The notes beneath the pieces are model-generated. The model saw nothing but the letters and a program-made list of their open reading frames with translations. It searched no databases and had not been told where the DNA came from. Below, piece after piece: positions 41,684 to 51,825 of a DNA stretch of 64,000 nucleotides. Every line of letters begins with the position of its first letter. Positions within the stretch are counted from its first letter, which is position 1. The translations under genes were made by a program, and so were the position numbers. Origin of the DNA: an uncultured Pseudomonadota bacterium (GTDB taxonomy: Bacteria; Oederibacteriota; Muellerivitia; Muellerivitales; Muellerivitaceae); contig CAWJKT010000009.1 of NCBI GenBank assembly GCA_963843375.1, forward strand, positions 32,001 to 96,000, given 5' to 3'.

Positions 41684-41699
41684 GGGTATAGAACTTGCT
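41684..41699 (+). promoter_or_regulatory. Sigma54 -24/-12 promoter
   Basis: gGGtatagaacTTGCt. Confidence 0.7.
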
Positions 41700-41790
41700 T
41701 TGAATAGTTGAGTCGGAACAATTTTTATTTAAGCCGATGGGATTACAAACTTGCCAATTGACGTTCAATCCCTGGATCAAGAAGGTCTTT

Positions 41791-42084
41791 ATGTATGACC
41801 CGGCGAATTTTTTTAAGTTGATTTGGATTTTAATCTTCGGCGGAGTCGCCGGATGGATCGTCAACAGCTGGGGCAAAGGGTCGGGTCTGGGTCTTTTCTG
41901 GGACATCGCCGGCGGCATTCTGGGCGGGCTTCTGGGAGGCTCATTCGCCTATTACTACAACGTCGACGCCGATGGTTTCGGGGCCGTCATCGGGGTCGGG
42001 TTTTTGGGATCGGTTATTTTCCTTACCCTCCTATGGCTTTTATCGCTTTACCGCAGGACCGCTAAACGTAAAAGAAAAATTTAA
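41791..42084 (+). CDS. GlsB/YeaQ/YmgE-like (transglycosylase-associated) membrane protein
   Basis: WILIFGGVAGWI...GLFWDIAGGILGGLLGG...GFLGSVIFL. Confidence 0.8.
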   Translation: MYDPANFFKLIWILIFGGVAGWIVNSWGKGSGLGLFWDIAGGILGGLLGGSFAYYYNVDADGFGAVIGVGFLGSVIFLTLLWLLSLYRRTAKRKRKI

Positions 42085-42111
42085 TCCGCTAAATAACGAG
42101 AGGAAACAAAA

Positions 42112-43035
42112 ATGAGAAACAGCAGCTCTTTTTCAGCGTTGATCTTCTGTGTCATCCTGGGGATTGGCGCGCTATTGGCTTTCGCGGCCTATGGAAACTC
42201 CGATCACCTGGCCAGCATCCTCATCGGATCAGCCGCCTTTTTGGCCGCCTGTTTCGTTTCCATTGCGATTAAAGTCGCGAACCAGTGGGAAAAAGTTGTT
42301 GTGTTGCGGTTGGGAAAGTTTCACGTACTCGCGGGACCAGGATTGTTTTTTCTTATTCCGGTGATCGACGAGATCGCTTACTGGATCGACACACGGGTGA
42401 TCACCGCCACGTTCAAGGCGGAAAAGACCCTGACCAAAGATACGGTGCCGGTCGATGTGGACGCGGTGCTGTTCTGGAAAGTTTTAGATCCCAAGAAGGC
42501 GGCGCTGGATGTGGCCGACTATAAAACCGCCATCAGCTGGGCTTCCCAAACGGCCTTGAGGGATGTGATCGGCAAGACCATGCTCTCCGACATGCTCGAA
42601 GGCAGGGAAAAGATCAGCAAGGAATTGCAGAGAATTATTGATGAACGCACCGAACCCTGGGGCGTGAACGTGATCTCGGTGGAAGTCAAAGATGTGCTCA
42701 TTCCCTCCGCGCTGGAAGACGCGATGTCCATGCAGGCCCAGGCGGAGCGTGAACGCCAGGCCCGGGTGATTTTGGGCGATTCGGAACGCCAGGTGGCCGA
42801 GAAATTCGGGGAAGCGGCCAAGACCTATATCAACAATCCGGTCGCGCTTCATTTGCGGGCCATGAACATGCTTTATGAGGGTTTGAAGGAAAACTCCACC
42901 ATCGTCATTGTGCCCAGCACGGCGGTGGAATCCATGCAGCTCGGAAGCATGGCCGGTTTGACGGCGCTGACCATGGGCATCGGCCAGGAAAAGGCGAACC
43001 AAGCGAAGGTTATCGAACCTCCGAAACAGGAATGA
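42112..43035 (+). CDS. SPFH/stomatin-like protein
   Basis: WEKVVVLRLG, LTKDTVPVDVDA, QAQAERERQA. Confidence 0.92.
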   Translation: MRNSSSFSALIFCVILGIGALLAFAAYGNSDHLASILIGSAAFLAACFVSIAIKVANQWEKVVVLRLGKFHVLAGPGLFFLIPVIDEIAYWIDTRVITATFKAEKTLTKDTVPVDVDAVLFWKVLDPKKAALDVADYKTAISWASQTALRDVIGKTMLSDMLEGREKISKELQRIIDERTEPWGVNVISVEVKDVLIPSALEDAMSMQAQAERERQARVILGDSERQVAEKFGEAAKTYINNPVALHLRAMNMLYEGLKENSTIVIVPSTAVESMQLGSMAGLTALTMGIGQEKANQAKVIEPPKQE

Positions 43036-43142
43036 CTTTAATCCAAAAGATATGAGCAGTTACCTGACTGCTTGCGGATATCGACTTATTTAACTGAAAA
43101 CGGGCTAGGCTTTTTTTTATCGGTGATGAGTTGAGATGGAGT

Positions 43143-45341
43143 ATGGCAAAAGGAAAAACATCGATGACTCAACTCAAGGCAAGGAAAACTAGGATTTCTG
43201 AAAAAAAGCCGAGCGCGAAGTCAGGCAAGAAGAGCGGTTTGAAATTGACGTTCCCGGCTTTGCAGGCTAAGAATCTTGATTTGGAACAGCTGGAACAATT
43301 AGCCATCAACACGGTTCGTTTCCTGTCCGTGGACGCGGTTCAAAAGGCCAATAGCGGCCATCCGGGTCTGCCAATGGGCGCCGCGCCGATGGCCTATGTA
43401 TTGTGGACCAGGTTTCTCCGTCATCATCCAGCCAACCCTCATTGGCTAAACCGGGACAGGTTTGTTCTGTCAGCCGGACATGGTTCGATATTGTTGTATA
43501 GCCTGCTGCATTTGACGGGCTACGACCTTCCGCTGGAACAACTTAAACAATTCCGTCAATGGGGCAGCAAAACTCCAGGACATCCGGAGCGGGGATTGAC
43601 GCCAGGAGTAGAGACGACTACGGGTCCGCTGGGACAGGGATTCGCCAATAGCGTGGGTTTCGCTATCGCGGAAAAATATCATGCGTCTCTTTACAACCGG
43701 CCGGGACACGAAATTATCAATCATTACACTTACGCGCTTGTCAGCGACGGGGATTTGATGGAAGGGGTATCATCCGAGGCCGCGTCCCTCGCCGGCCATT
43801 TAAAACTCGGAAAACTAATCTGCCTCTACGACGACAATCACATAACCCTTTCCGCCGCAACCAACATTACTTTCACAGAGAACTGCGCGAAACGTTTTGA
43901 AGCTTATGGATGGCATACGCGGACGGTCGAGAATGGAAATGATCTTGAAGAGATCGACCGGGCTATACGCGAGGCGCAAGCGACAGGGGACCGCCCTTGG
44001 CTGATTCTGGTGCGCACTCATATCGGATATGGCTCTCCGCATAAACAGGATACATTTGAGGCGCATGGTTCGCCGCTCGGCGTGGAAGAAGTGAAATTCA
44101 CGAAACAGGCGATGGGTTGGCCGATTGAGCCTCCTTTCCTCATTCCCGACGAAGCGCTCGCGTTATTCCGTATCGCGCTGAAAAAAGGAAAAGAATACGA
44201 AACCGAATGGAATATGAGCTTTTCGGCATACGTAAAATCTTTCCCGGACCTCTCCAAAAAATTTCAACAGCAGATGGCCGGTGAACTGCGGAACGGCTGG
44301 GACAAAGAAGTTCCCATCTTTCCCGCCGATCCGAAGGGCATGGCCACCCGCGCCGCGTCGGGCAAGGTGTTGAACGTGCTCTGCCTGAAACTTTCCGCGC
44401 TCTTCGGCGGCTCCGCGGATCTGGATCCCTCAACTGATACGGCACTTAAAGCGATGGGGGATTTCGAAAATCCAAACGATGAGACTGGAAATTTACAAGG
44501 TTCGATCGGGGGAGGCTGGAGTTATGGCGGACATAACCTCCATTTTGGAATCCGGGAGCACGCCATGGGATCAATCGCGAACGGGTTAGGGGTATATGGC
44601 GGCATCATTCCTTTCACGGCGACTTTTTTAACTTTTTCGGATTATATGCGGCCGTCGATTCGGTTGGCCGCGCTCATGAAACAGAGAGTCATATTCGTCT
44701 TTACCCACGACAGTATTGCTCTGGGTGAAGATGGACCGACGCACCAACCCATTGAACAATTAGCCTCGTTGCGCGCCGTTCCAAATTTACTGGTCATTCG
44801 ACCCGCAGACGCCAACGAAACCGCCGAGGCATGGCGTATGGCCATTGAGACAAAAAATCAGCCCATTGCGCTTATTTTGACCCGGCAGAACGTGCCAACG
44901 CTTGACCGTACCCGTTTTGCGGCGGCGGATGGTTTGCGGCGCGGTGCTTATGTACTGGCAGACGCGCCCAACGGCAAACCCGACATTATTCTTATTGCGA
45001 CCGGATCGGAAGTGGGCTTAATCGTCGAGGCATCGCAAAAACTAATCGAGAAAAAGATCACTGTTCGTCTTGTATCAATGCCGTGTTGGGAATTATTCGA
45101 TGTCCAGTCCCAGAATTACCGGAACAGTGTTCTGCCGCCGTTGGTTCACGCAAGGCTGGCGGTTGAAGCGGGCGCCACACAAGGCTGGCGTAAATATGTG
45201 GGGGATAAGGGTGATGTGATTGGGATAGATCGATTCGGCGCGTCCGCTCCGGGAAAAACAGTGATGAAGGAATACGGTTTTACTGTAGATAACGTTTGTG
45301 ATCGCGCCAGGAAGTTAATCGGTGGGAAAAATCCGAATTGA
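43143..45341 (+). CDS. tkt: Transketolase (start uncertain)
   Basis: [27 protein letters not shown]. Confidence 0.97.
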   Translation: MAKGKTSMTQLKARKTRISEKKPSAKSGKKSGLKLTFPALQAKNLDLEQLEQLAINTVRFLSVDAVQKANSGHPGLPMGAAPMAYVLWTRFLRHHPANPHWLNRDRFVLSAGHGSILLYSLLHLTGYDLPLEQLKQFRQWGSKTPGHPERGLTPGVETTTGPLGQGFANSVGFAIAEKYHASLYNRPGHEIINHYTYALVSDGDLMEGVSSEAASLAGHLKLGKLICLYDDNHITLSAATNITFTENCAKRFEAYGWHTRTVENGNDLEEIDRAIREAQATGDRPWLILVRTHIGYGSPHKQDTFEAHGSPLGVEEVKFTKQAMGWPIEPPFLIPDEALALFRIALKKGKEYETEWNMSFSAYVKSFPDLSKKFQQQMAGELRNGWDKEVPIFPADPKGMATRAASGKVLNVLCLKLSALFGGSADLDPSTDTALKAMGDFENPNDETGNLQGSIGGGWSYGGHNLHFGIREHAMGSIANGLGVYGGIIPFTATFLTFSDYMRPSIRLAALMKQRVIFVFTHDSIALGEDGPTHQPIEQLASLRAVPNLLVIRPADANETAEAWRMAIETKNQPIALILTRQNVPTLDRTRFAAADGLRRGAYVLADAPNGKPDIILIATGSEVGLIVEASQKLIEKKITVRLVSMPCWELFDVQSQNYRNSVLPPLVHARLAVEAGATQGWRKYVGDKGDVIGIDRFGASAPGKTVMKEYGFTVDNVCDRARKLIGGKNPN

Positions 45342-45363
45342 TCCAAAACACCAAAAGGAGATT

Positions 45364-46782
45364 ATGGCCATGAAACACGAATTGCAGGTAGGGGATTATG
45401 TGGAGTGGAAATCCGAAGGCGCTCGGGCCAAAGGGGCGATTCTGAAGAAAATCAGCGCTCCACTGAAGTTTAAAACCTACACCGTTCACGCCTCGAAGGC
45501 TGAACCCCAGTATTTCATCAAGAGGGACAAAACCGGCCTGGTGGTTCTGCATAAAGGCACGGCTCTTAAATGGATTGGCGAAAAGGAAGGTGAGATCCGA
45601 AACCGGCCGGCCCTAACGCGGGCGGCAAAACCGAAAAAAAATAAGATTGAAAAACAAAAAGTGAAGAGGAATCGCCTGCGCGAACTGGAGGTTTTTGGTC
45701 AAAGCGTCTGGATGGATTTTATCCAGCGAAAGATGATTATTTCGGGAGAATTAAAAAGCCTCATTGAGACGGATGGATTGAGCGGAGTGACTTCCAATCC
45801 CTCTATTTTTGAAAAAGCGATCGCTGAAAGTACGGATTATGACAGCGCCATACGAGCCCTGGCGCTAAAGGGTAAAACCGTCGAGCAAATCTATATGGCG
45901 CTCACGGTAGAAGACATCCAACATGCGGCCGATCTTTTTCGTCCTCTTTACGACCGTCTCAATGGAGAGGATGGATTTGTGAGCCTGGAAGTTTCACCGC
46001 TCCTGGCGCATGACACCACTGGAACGATTGCCGAGGCGCGGCGGTTATGGACAGCTGTCGGCCGACCCAATGTATTAATCAAAGTGCCCGGAACCAAGGA
46101 AGGTTTACCGGCGATCAAGCAGCTTATTGGCGAGGGAATCAATGTGAACGTTACTTTGCTTTTTGGTCTGTCCCGGTACCGAGAAGTGGCGGAGGCTTAT
46201 GTCGCGGGGCTTGAAACCCGCGTCGCGCAGGGCAAATCCCTGAAAGGGGTGGCTTCGGTAGCCAGTTTTTTCCTGAGCCGCATCGATTCACTGATCGATC
46301 CGATGCTTAAGAAGGTGAAGGAACAGGACAAATCAAAGACGGATCTGGTTGATCAACTGCTGGGACAGGTGGCGATTCTCAGCGCCAAAACCGCCTATCT
46401 GATTTATAAAGAAATTTTTGATCGGGAACAATTCGTTAAACTTCAAACTCAAGGCGCGCAAAATCAACGACTGTTATGGGCCAGCACGAGCACCAAGAAT
46501 CCCGATTACAGCGACCTGAAGTATGTAGATGGCCTTATAGGAACGGAAACGATCAACACCATTCCACTGGAGACGCTTGCCGCCTATAGGGATCATGGCG
46601 ATCCCGCTTATCGGTTGGGTCAGGATGAATTGAGGGCGCACGAAACACTCAAGCTTTTACCTGAAGTTGGAATTGACCTGGATAAGGCGACTCAGCAACT
46701 CGAAGATGAAGGCGTCGAGAAGTTTACCAAGTCATTTGATGATTTGATGAAAGCGCTGAAGAAGAAACGGGCTAAACACTAA
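45364..46782 (+). CDS. tal: Transaldolase with N-terminal DUF2945-like domain
   Basis: VTSNPSIF, LIKVPGT, NVTLLF, ASFFLSRID; N-terminus VGDYVEWKSEG...HASKAEPQY...DKTG..HK..AL. Confidence 0.9.
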   Translation: MAMKHELQVGDYVEWKSEGARAKGAILKKISAPLKFKTYTVHASKAEPQYFIKRDKTGLVVLHKGTALKWIGEKEGEIRNRPALTRAAKPKKNKIEKQKVKRNRLRELEVFGQSVWMDFIQRKMIISGELKSLIETDGLSGVTSNPSIFEKAIAESTDYDSAIRALALKGKTVEQIYMALTVEDIQHAADLFRPLYDRLNGEDGFVSLEVSPLLAHDTTGTIAEARRLWTAVGRPNVLIKVPGTKEGLPAIKQLIGEGINVNVTLLFGLSRYREVAEAYVAGLETRVAQGKSLKGVASVASFFLSRIDSLIDPMLKKVKEQDKSKTDLVDQLLGQVAILSAKTAYLIYKEIFDREQFVKLQTQGAQNQRLLWASTSTKNPDYSDLKYVDGLIGTETINTIPLETLAAYRDHGDPAYRLGQDELRAHETLKLLPEVGIDLDKATQQLEDEGVEKFTKSFDDLMKALKKKRAKH

Positions 46783-46815
46783 ACCAAACTCAAGCTGAAA
46801 ACGGCGGAGGATGAA

Positions 46816-48231
46816 ATGAAGACGCAACAATACGAAATCGGTATGGTCGGACTGGGGGTGATGGGCCGCAACCTGCTGCTGAACATGGCCGACAAAGGTT
46901 TTTCGGCGGCGGGTTACGACAAAGACAATGCCAAAGTCGAGACGTTGTGGAAAGAATCGGATAAACGCGACATTTATGGCGGCGAGGACATCCATAGTTT
47001 TATCGCGCTGCTTAAAAAGCCACGCGCCATCATGATGCTGGTGCCGGCTGGAGCCCCTGTGGACTCGGTCATAAAGGATTTGCTGCCACATCTGGGCAAG
47101 GGTGATCTGATCATCGACGCGGGCAATTCCCATTTCAAAGATACAGACCTGCGTACTAGTGCCCTGGCGGCAAAGGGGATTCAATTCCTCGGTATGGGTG
47201 TGTCGGGCGGGGAAGAAGGCGCTCGTCACGGGCCGAGCATCATGCCAGGCGGGACTAAAGAAGCTTATGAGCGGGTTCGTCTTGTTCTGGAGGCCGCCAG
47301 CGCGAAAGTTAACGACGAACCCTGTGTCACCTGGCTGGGCCCCGGCTCGGCGGGACATTACGTGAAGATGGTCCACAACGGCATTGAATACGGCATGATG
47401 CAGTTAATCTCCGAAACCTACGACCTGATGAAACGAGGCTTGGGCCTCAACGATGATGAAATACATGAGGCCTTTACGTTATGGAACCAGGGTGAACTGA
47501 ACGGCTACCTGGTGGAAATCACCGGACAAATCTTTTCCAAGCAGGACGAGAAAACCGGAAAAAGACTGATAGATGAAATTCTTGATGTGGCCAAGCAGAA
47601 CGGCACGGGTTTATGGACTTCGCAAAGCGCCTTGGAGCTGAAAGTGCCCACTCCCACCATCGATCTGGCGGTTGCTATGCGGGACCTGTCGGTGCTGGTG
47701 AAGGAAAGGGAGCAGGCTGAAAAATTCTATCCCCGGCCCCCACGAAATCTGAATTGCGACCGGAAAATTTTTCTCTTGTTATTGGGGCGCGCACTGTTTA
47801 CGGGAATGATAGTGACTTACGCCCAGGGTTTCGCCCTTTTGGCGGTGGCTTCCGAAAAATACCAATATCACCTCAATCTGGAAGCGATAGCCCGTATCTG
47901 GCGGGGCGGCTGTATTATTCGCGCCGCTTTACTGGAAGATATCCTCGCGGCGTTTCATACAAAGCATGATCTGACAAATTTGCTTCTGGATCCCAACCTG
48001 TCTCGAAAAGTAATGGATCATCAGGTTGATTTGCGCAAGGCCTGTGGTTTGTCCATTGAGTCAGGTGTGCCGGCTCCGGGGTTGATGGCTTCCCTGGGTT
48101 ACCTGGACGCCTTTCGCAGTACCTGGCTGCCGGACAATCTGATCCAGGCCCAGCGAGACTATTTTGGCTCCCACACCTATGAGCGCATTGACGCCAAGGG
48201 AACTTTTCACACTGAATGGGAGCAAAAATGA
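46816..48231 (+). CDS. gnd: 6-phosphogluconate dehydrogenase
   Basis: GLGVMG, KMVHNGIEYG, QAQRDYFG. Confidence 0.97.
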   Translation: MKTQQYEIGMVGLGVMGRNLLLNMADKGFSAAGYDKDNAKVETLWKESDKRDIYGGEDIHSFIALLKKPRAIMMLVPAGAPVDSVIKDLLPHLGKGDLIIDAGNSHFKDTDLRTSALAAKGIQFLGMGVSGGEEGARHGPSIMPGGTKEAYERVRLVLEAASAKVNDEPCVTWLGPGSAGHYVKMVHNGIEYGMMQLISETYDLMKRGLGLNDDEIHEAFTLWNQGELNGYLVEITGQIFSKQDEKTGKRLIDEILDVAKQNGTGLWTSQSALELKVPTPTIDLAVAMRDLSVLVKEREQAEKFYPRPPRNLNCDRKIFLLLLGRALFTGMIVTYAQGFALLAVASEKYQYHLNLEAIARIWRGGCIIRAALLEDILAAFHTKHDLTNLLLDPNLSRKVMDHQVDLRKACGLSIESGVPAPGLMASLGYLDAFRSTWLPDNLIQAQRDYFGSHTYERIDAKGTFHTEWEQK

Positions 48232-49798
48232 AAACATTAAAAAAAAATAACCAGCCGGAGCCTATGGTTTTCGTTATTTTTGGGGGATCGGGTGATTTGA
48301 CATGGCGTAAATTAATGCCGTCTCTTTTCGATCTGCACCGGGACGGACGGATGCCGAATAAGTTTGCGATTATCGCGGTGGGGCGATCCACTTTTTCCGA
48401 CACGCAGTTACGCAAACATTTTTTAGACGGAGTCAATCGTTTCTCGCCCAAAGGAAAAGCGAAAAGCGGCGACTGGGCACGCTTCGCCCGAAACGTCACC
48501 TACCAACAGGGGAATTATGACGATCCGGCGACCTATATAGGTTTGGGTAAAATCTGCGACAAGCTGGACAAGGATTGGAAAAGGAAAGCTGGACGTATTT
48601 TTCACATGGCTACTCCCCCCAAGTTGTTTGGAGTCATTCCTAAAATGCTCGCGGACGCGGGTCTGAATCGGGACCGAGCGCATGATCATATCGTAGTGGA
48701 AAAACCTTTCGGTGATGACCTGGAATCCGCGCGGAAGTTGAATCGGATTTTGTTGGATAATTTCAAAGAGTCACAAATTTTCCGCATCGACCATTATTTG
48801 GGCAAGGAAACTGTGAGAAATATACTGGCGTTCCGTTTCGCAAACCCGCTTTTTGAACCGATTTGGAACAGGCGTTATGTGGACTACATTACTATTACGG
48901 TAGCCGAGCAGGTAGGCGTGGGAGACAGGGGGGGTATTACGATAAGTCGGGAGCCTTGCGGGACATGATGCAGAATCACCTTATGCAATTGCTCTGTCTA
49001 GTCGCTATGGAACCGATGGTTTCTTTCGACCCGGATGAGATTCGGAACAAGAAAGTAGATGTGCTTCATTCCGTCATGCCGATTTTGCGCGATTCGGTTC
49101 ACCAATGCGCCGTTCGAGGCCAGTATGGAAACGGCAAAGTGAAAGGGAATAAAATCCGCGGATACCGGCATGAAGAGGGCGTTTCGCCACACTCGAAAAC
49201 GGAAACCTTTGCGGCTTTAAAACTATTTGTCGATAACTGGCGCTGGAAGGGGGTTCCGTTTTATCTACGCACCGGCAAACAACTGAACCGACAGGTCTCG
49301 GAAATTATGATTCAATTTCGCGAAGTGCCGTATGAGTCGTTTCCGGACGAAGCTAAACGTAATTGGCATTCATCCCGCCTTATTTTGTCGATACAGCCGG
49401 AACAAGCCATTGTGATGGGTTTTCAGGCGAAGTACCCCGGACCCAAAATGCTTTTGCGTCCTGTGGAAATGAGATTTAATTATAAGGATAGTTTCGGGAT
49501 ACCATCACCCGATGCCTACGAAACATTGATTTGGGATGTGATGAAACATGATCAAACTTTGTTCATGCGTGATGATCAAGTCGAGGCGGCGTGGACAATT
49601 CTGAAACCAATACTAGAAGTATGGGGAAAATTTAATCCGAAAAATTTTCCGAATTATCCTGCGGGAAGCTGGGGACCGAAAGCCGCAGATGAACTTCTTG
49701 CTCGGGAAGGTCACTCTTGGGGGGTTCAAGAAGTGAAAAAATCAAACTCATTTGTTTCAAAGGGTCGGTCAATGGATTGGAGTCCGGATTGTCCTTGA
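48228..49798 (+). pseudogene. zwf: Glucose-6-phosphate dehydrogenase, split by a 1-nt frameshift in a G7 run (48928-48934)
   Basis: GGSGDL and RIDHYLGKE in first frame; GYYDKSGALRDMMQNH in second frame. Confidence 0.9.
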
Positions 49799-50397
49799 AA
49801 ATAGTTCTTCAAGCCGCAGGTTGCTGGCTGTTTTTCTTATCTGCTTCGCTGTGCTCGGCAAGCGGTGACGCGCCAGTATCGGTTGTTTTGACCGAGCGGG
49901 ATTCATACACGCTCAACGCTCAATTCATCGTGCCGGTGCCCCCTCAGAACGCGTGGAACGTTCTGACGGATTACGATCATCTGTCCCAGTTCGTTCACAG
50001 CATGAAGGGCCATATTCGAAGTGAAAAAGGCGACGATTTACTGGTGAACCAGGTTGCCACGGGCGGCTTTCTGTTTTTTACGGTGTCGGTGTCCGCCCTC
50101 TTACTCATTCATGAAGAACCTATTCACGATATTCTTTTTACTGATACCACTGGCAAGGATTTTAAGAGCTACAGCGGGTCATGGAATCTTCTTCCGATAC
50201 CGCAAGGCACGCAAATTACTTATCAATTAAAGGCTGAAAAAAACAAAAACACCCCGGGTTTTGTGACTGGAAAAATTCTTCAAAGTACCACCCGAGATCT
50301 TTTGAATGAATTGCGCATGGAAATGGAACGCCGGAAAGTCATCATTCAGAAAGACGCGAGTTTTCCGACGAAAATCGTTAATCGAGTCACAGATTGA
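49795..50397 (+). CDS. SRPBCC/polyketide cyclase-like protein, probably exported
   Basis: AWNVLTDYDHLSQFV...GDFKSYSGSW; TTG overlaps zwf stop. Confidence 0.75.
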   Translation: MKIVLQAAGCWLFFLSASLCSASGDAPVSVVLTERDSYTLNAQFIVPVPPQNAWNVLTDYDHLSQFVHSMKGHIRSEKGDDLLVNQVATGGFLFFTVSVSALLLIHEEPIHDILFTDTTGKDFKSYSGSWNLLPIPQGTQITYQLKAEKNKNTPGFVTGKILQSTTRDLLNELRMEMERRKVIIQKDASFPTKIVNRVTD

Positions 50398-50679
50398 AAA
50401 AAATATGACTCGGTTTTAAAAACAATTATTGATTTTGTTTTGGCTTGTCATGTGATTTATGAGCATTTTCAAAAGAAGTTTTAATGTGTTGTGTGCCGAA
50501 GCCGTTACACTTCATCTGAGTGTAACGGGGATTGATGGTTGCAGTTAGGTTTTACACTTTGCTCGGTGTGTAACAAGCTATCGACGATAGGGTGTAATGG
50601 ATAAAGAAAAAAATTGAACCCAATTACGGGATTAAAAAGGATCGATACTTGTTCCAACCGCCTCAAAACTTCAGGCTTA

Positions 50680-50694
50680 CTATCAAAATGATAG
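50680..50694. promoter_or_regulatory. Palindromic UAS-like site upstream of oxidase operon
   Basis: CTATCA-aaa-TGATAG. Confidence 0.5.
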
Positions 50695-50889
50695 TCGCGG
50701 CTTCTATTTGATATTGTGAATCGTTATGCCAGTATTTTAACAACGGAAAAAATCATCGCGGAATTGGATTTCAAAAGCGGATGAGGCGTAAGATGCGGAA
50801 TTATAAAATTTATCGGATTAAGGAATCGTCCTGCGGATTAAGAAAACGGCACATAACCTTCCCGACGTGATCCGGCGGCGTATGACTCT

Positions 50890-51825
50890 ATGAATCATTT
50901 CTTAAACTCTGTTTTTTACTCAGAGTCTCCCCAGGCAAGCGCTATTTCGGACTTGTTTATCATCGTCTTAATTGTCTGCGCGATTATCTTTTTGATCGTG
51001 ACCGCGATGGTCAGTGTCAGCCTGATTCGTTTCCGCCATCAGCTTGGAAGCACGGACCCTCGGCCCCGTTATGGCAATTGGAAACTAGAGACCACCTGGA
51101 CGGTCATCCCCTTTCTTGTACTGATTTGGCTTCTGACTCTCACCGCGAGAGGAATGAAACAGTCCGATCCGGCTCCGGACAGAAAGCCCGACCTTCTGGT
51201 CATCAGCCATCAATGGTGGTGGGAAGCGCGTTATCCCCAAACCGGGGTGGTTACGGCCAACGAAATCCACATTCCGGTGGGGGTCACCTGGCTGCTGACG
51301 CTGGAATCGGCGGACGTTATTCATGATTTCTGGGTGCCCCGATTAGGGCCCAAAATGGATGTGGTGCCGGGTCATCCGAACCATCTTTGGCTGGAAGCGG
51401 ACAAACCGGGGATTTATCTGGGAACCTGCTCCGAATTTTGCGGCGCCCAGCATGCTCAAATGCATTTTTTGGTGTTTGCCCAGACCGCCGCCGAATTTGA
51501 GGTCTGGCAGAAACAACAGGAAAAGCCCGTGGCTCATTTGTTGTCCGAATCCTCTAAAAAAGGCTCCAAGTTGTTTCAGCAACTCACCTGTATCAATTGC
51601 CATACGATTAACGGCACCAACGCGAAGGGACAAGCGGCCCCGGACCTGACCCACTTCGCCAGCCGGCAGACTTTAGGCGCGGTGATCCTTCCCAATACGC
51701 CGGAAAATTTAGCGCTGTGGCTGAAAAATCCGCAGGCTGTTAAACCCGCTATTCTGATGCCGAATTTAAAACTGACCGACGCCCAGGTCGGCAACTTGAC
51801 GGATTACCTGGAGTCGCTCCAATGA
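50890..51825 (+). CDS. coxB: Cytochrome c oxidase subunit II with fused cytochrome c (caa3 type)
   Basis: HDFW, CSEFCGAQHAQM (CuA), CINCH. Confidence 0.95.
   Translation: MNHFLNSVFYSESPQASAISDLFIIVLIVCAIIFLIVTAMVSVSLIRFRHQLGSTDPRPRYGNWKLETTWTVIPFLVLIWLLTLTARGMKQSDPAPDRKPDLLVISHQWWWEARYPQTGVVTANEIHIPVGVTWLLTLESADVIHDFWVPRLGPKMDVVPGHPNHLWLEADKPGIYLGTCSEFCGAQHAQMHFLVFAQTAAEFEVWQKQQEKPVAHLLSESSKKGSKLFQQLTCINCHTINGTNAKGQAAPDLTHFASRQTLGAVILPNTPENLALWLKNPQAVKPAILMPNLKLTDAQVGNLTDYLESLQ

Noticed and set aside
50847..50862. Sigma54 promoter for the oxidase operon (cggcacataaccttcc)
   Set aside because: The -24 element is good but the -12 GC is missing; at most a degenerate site.
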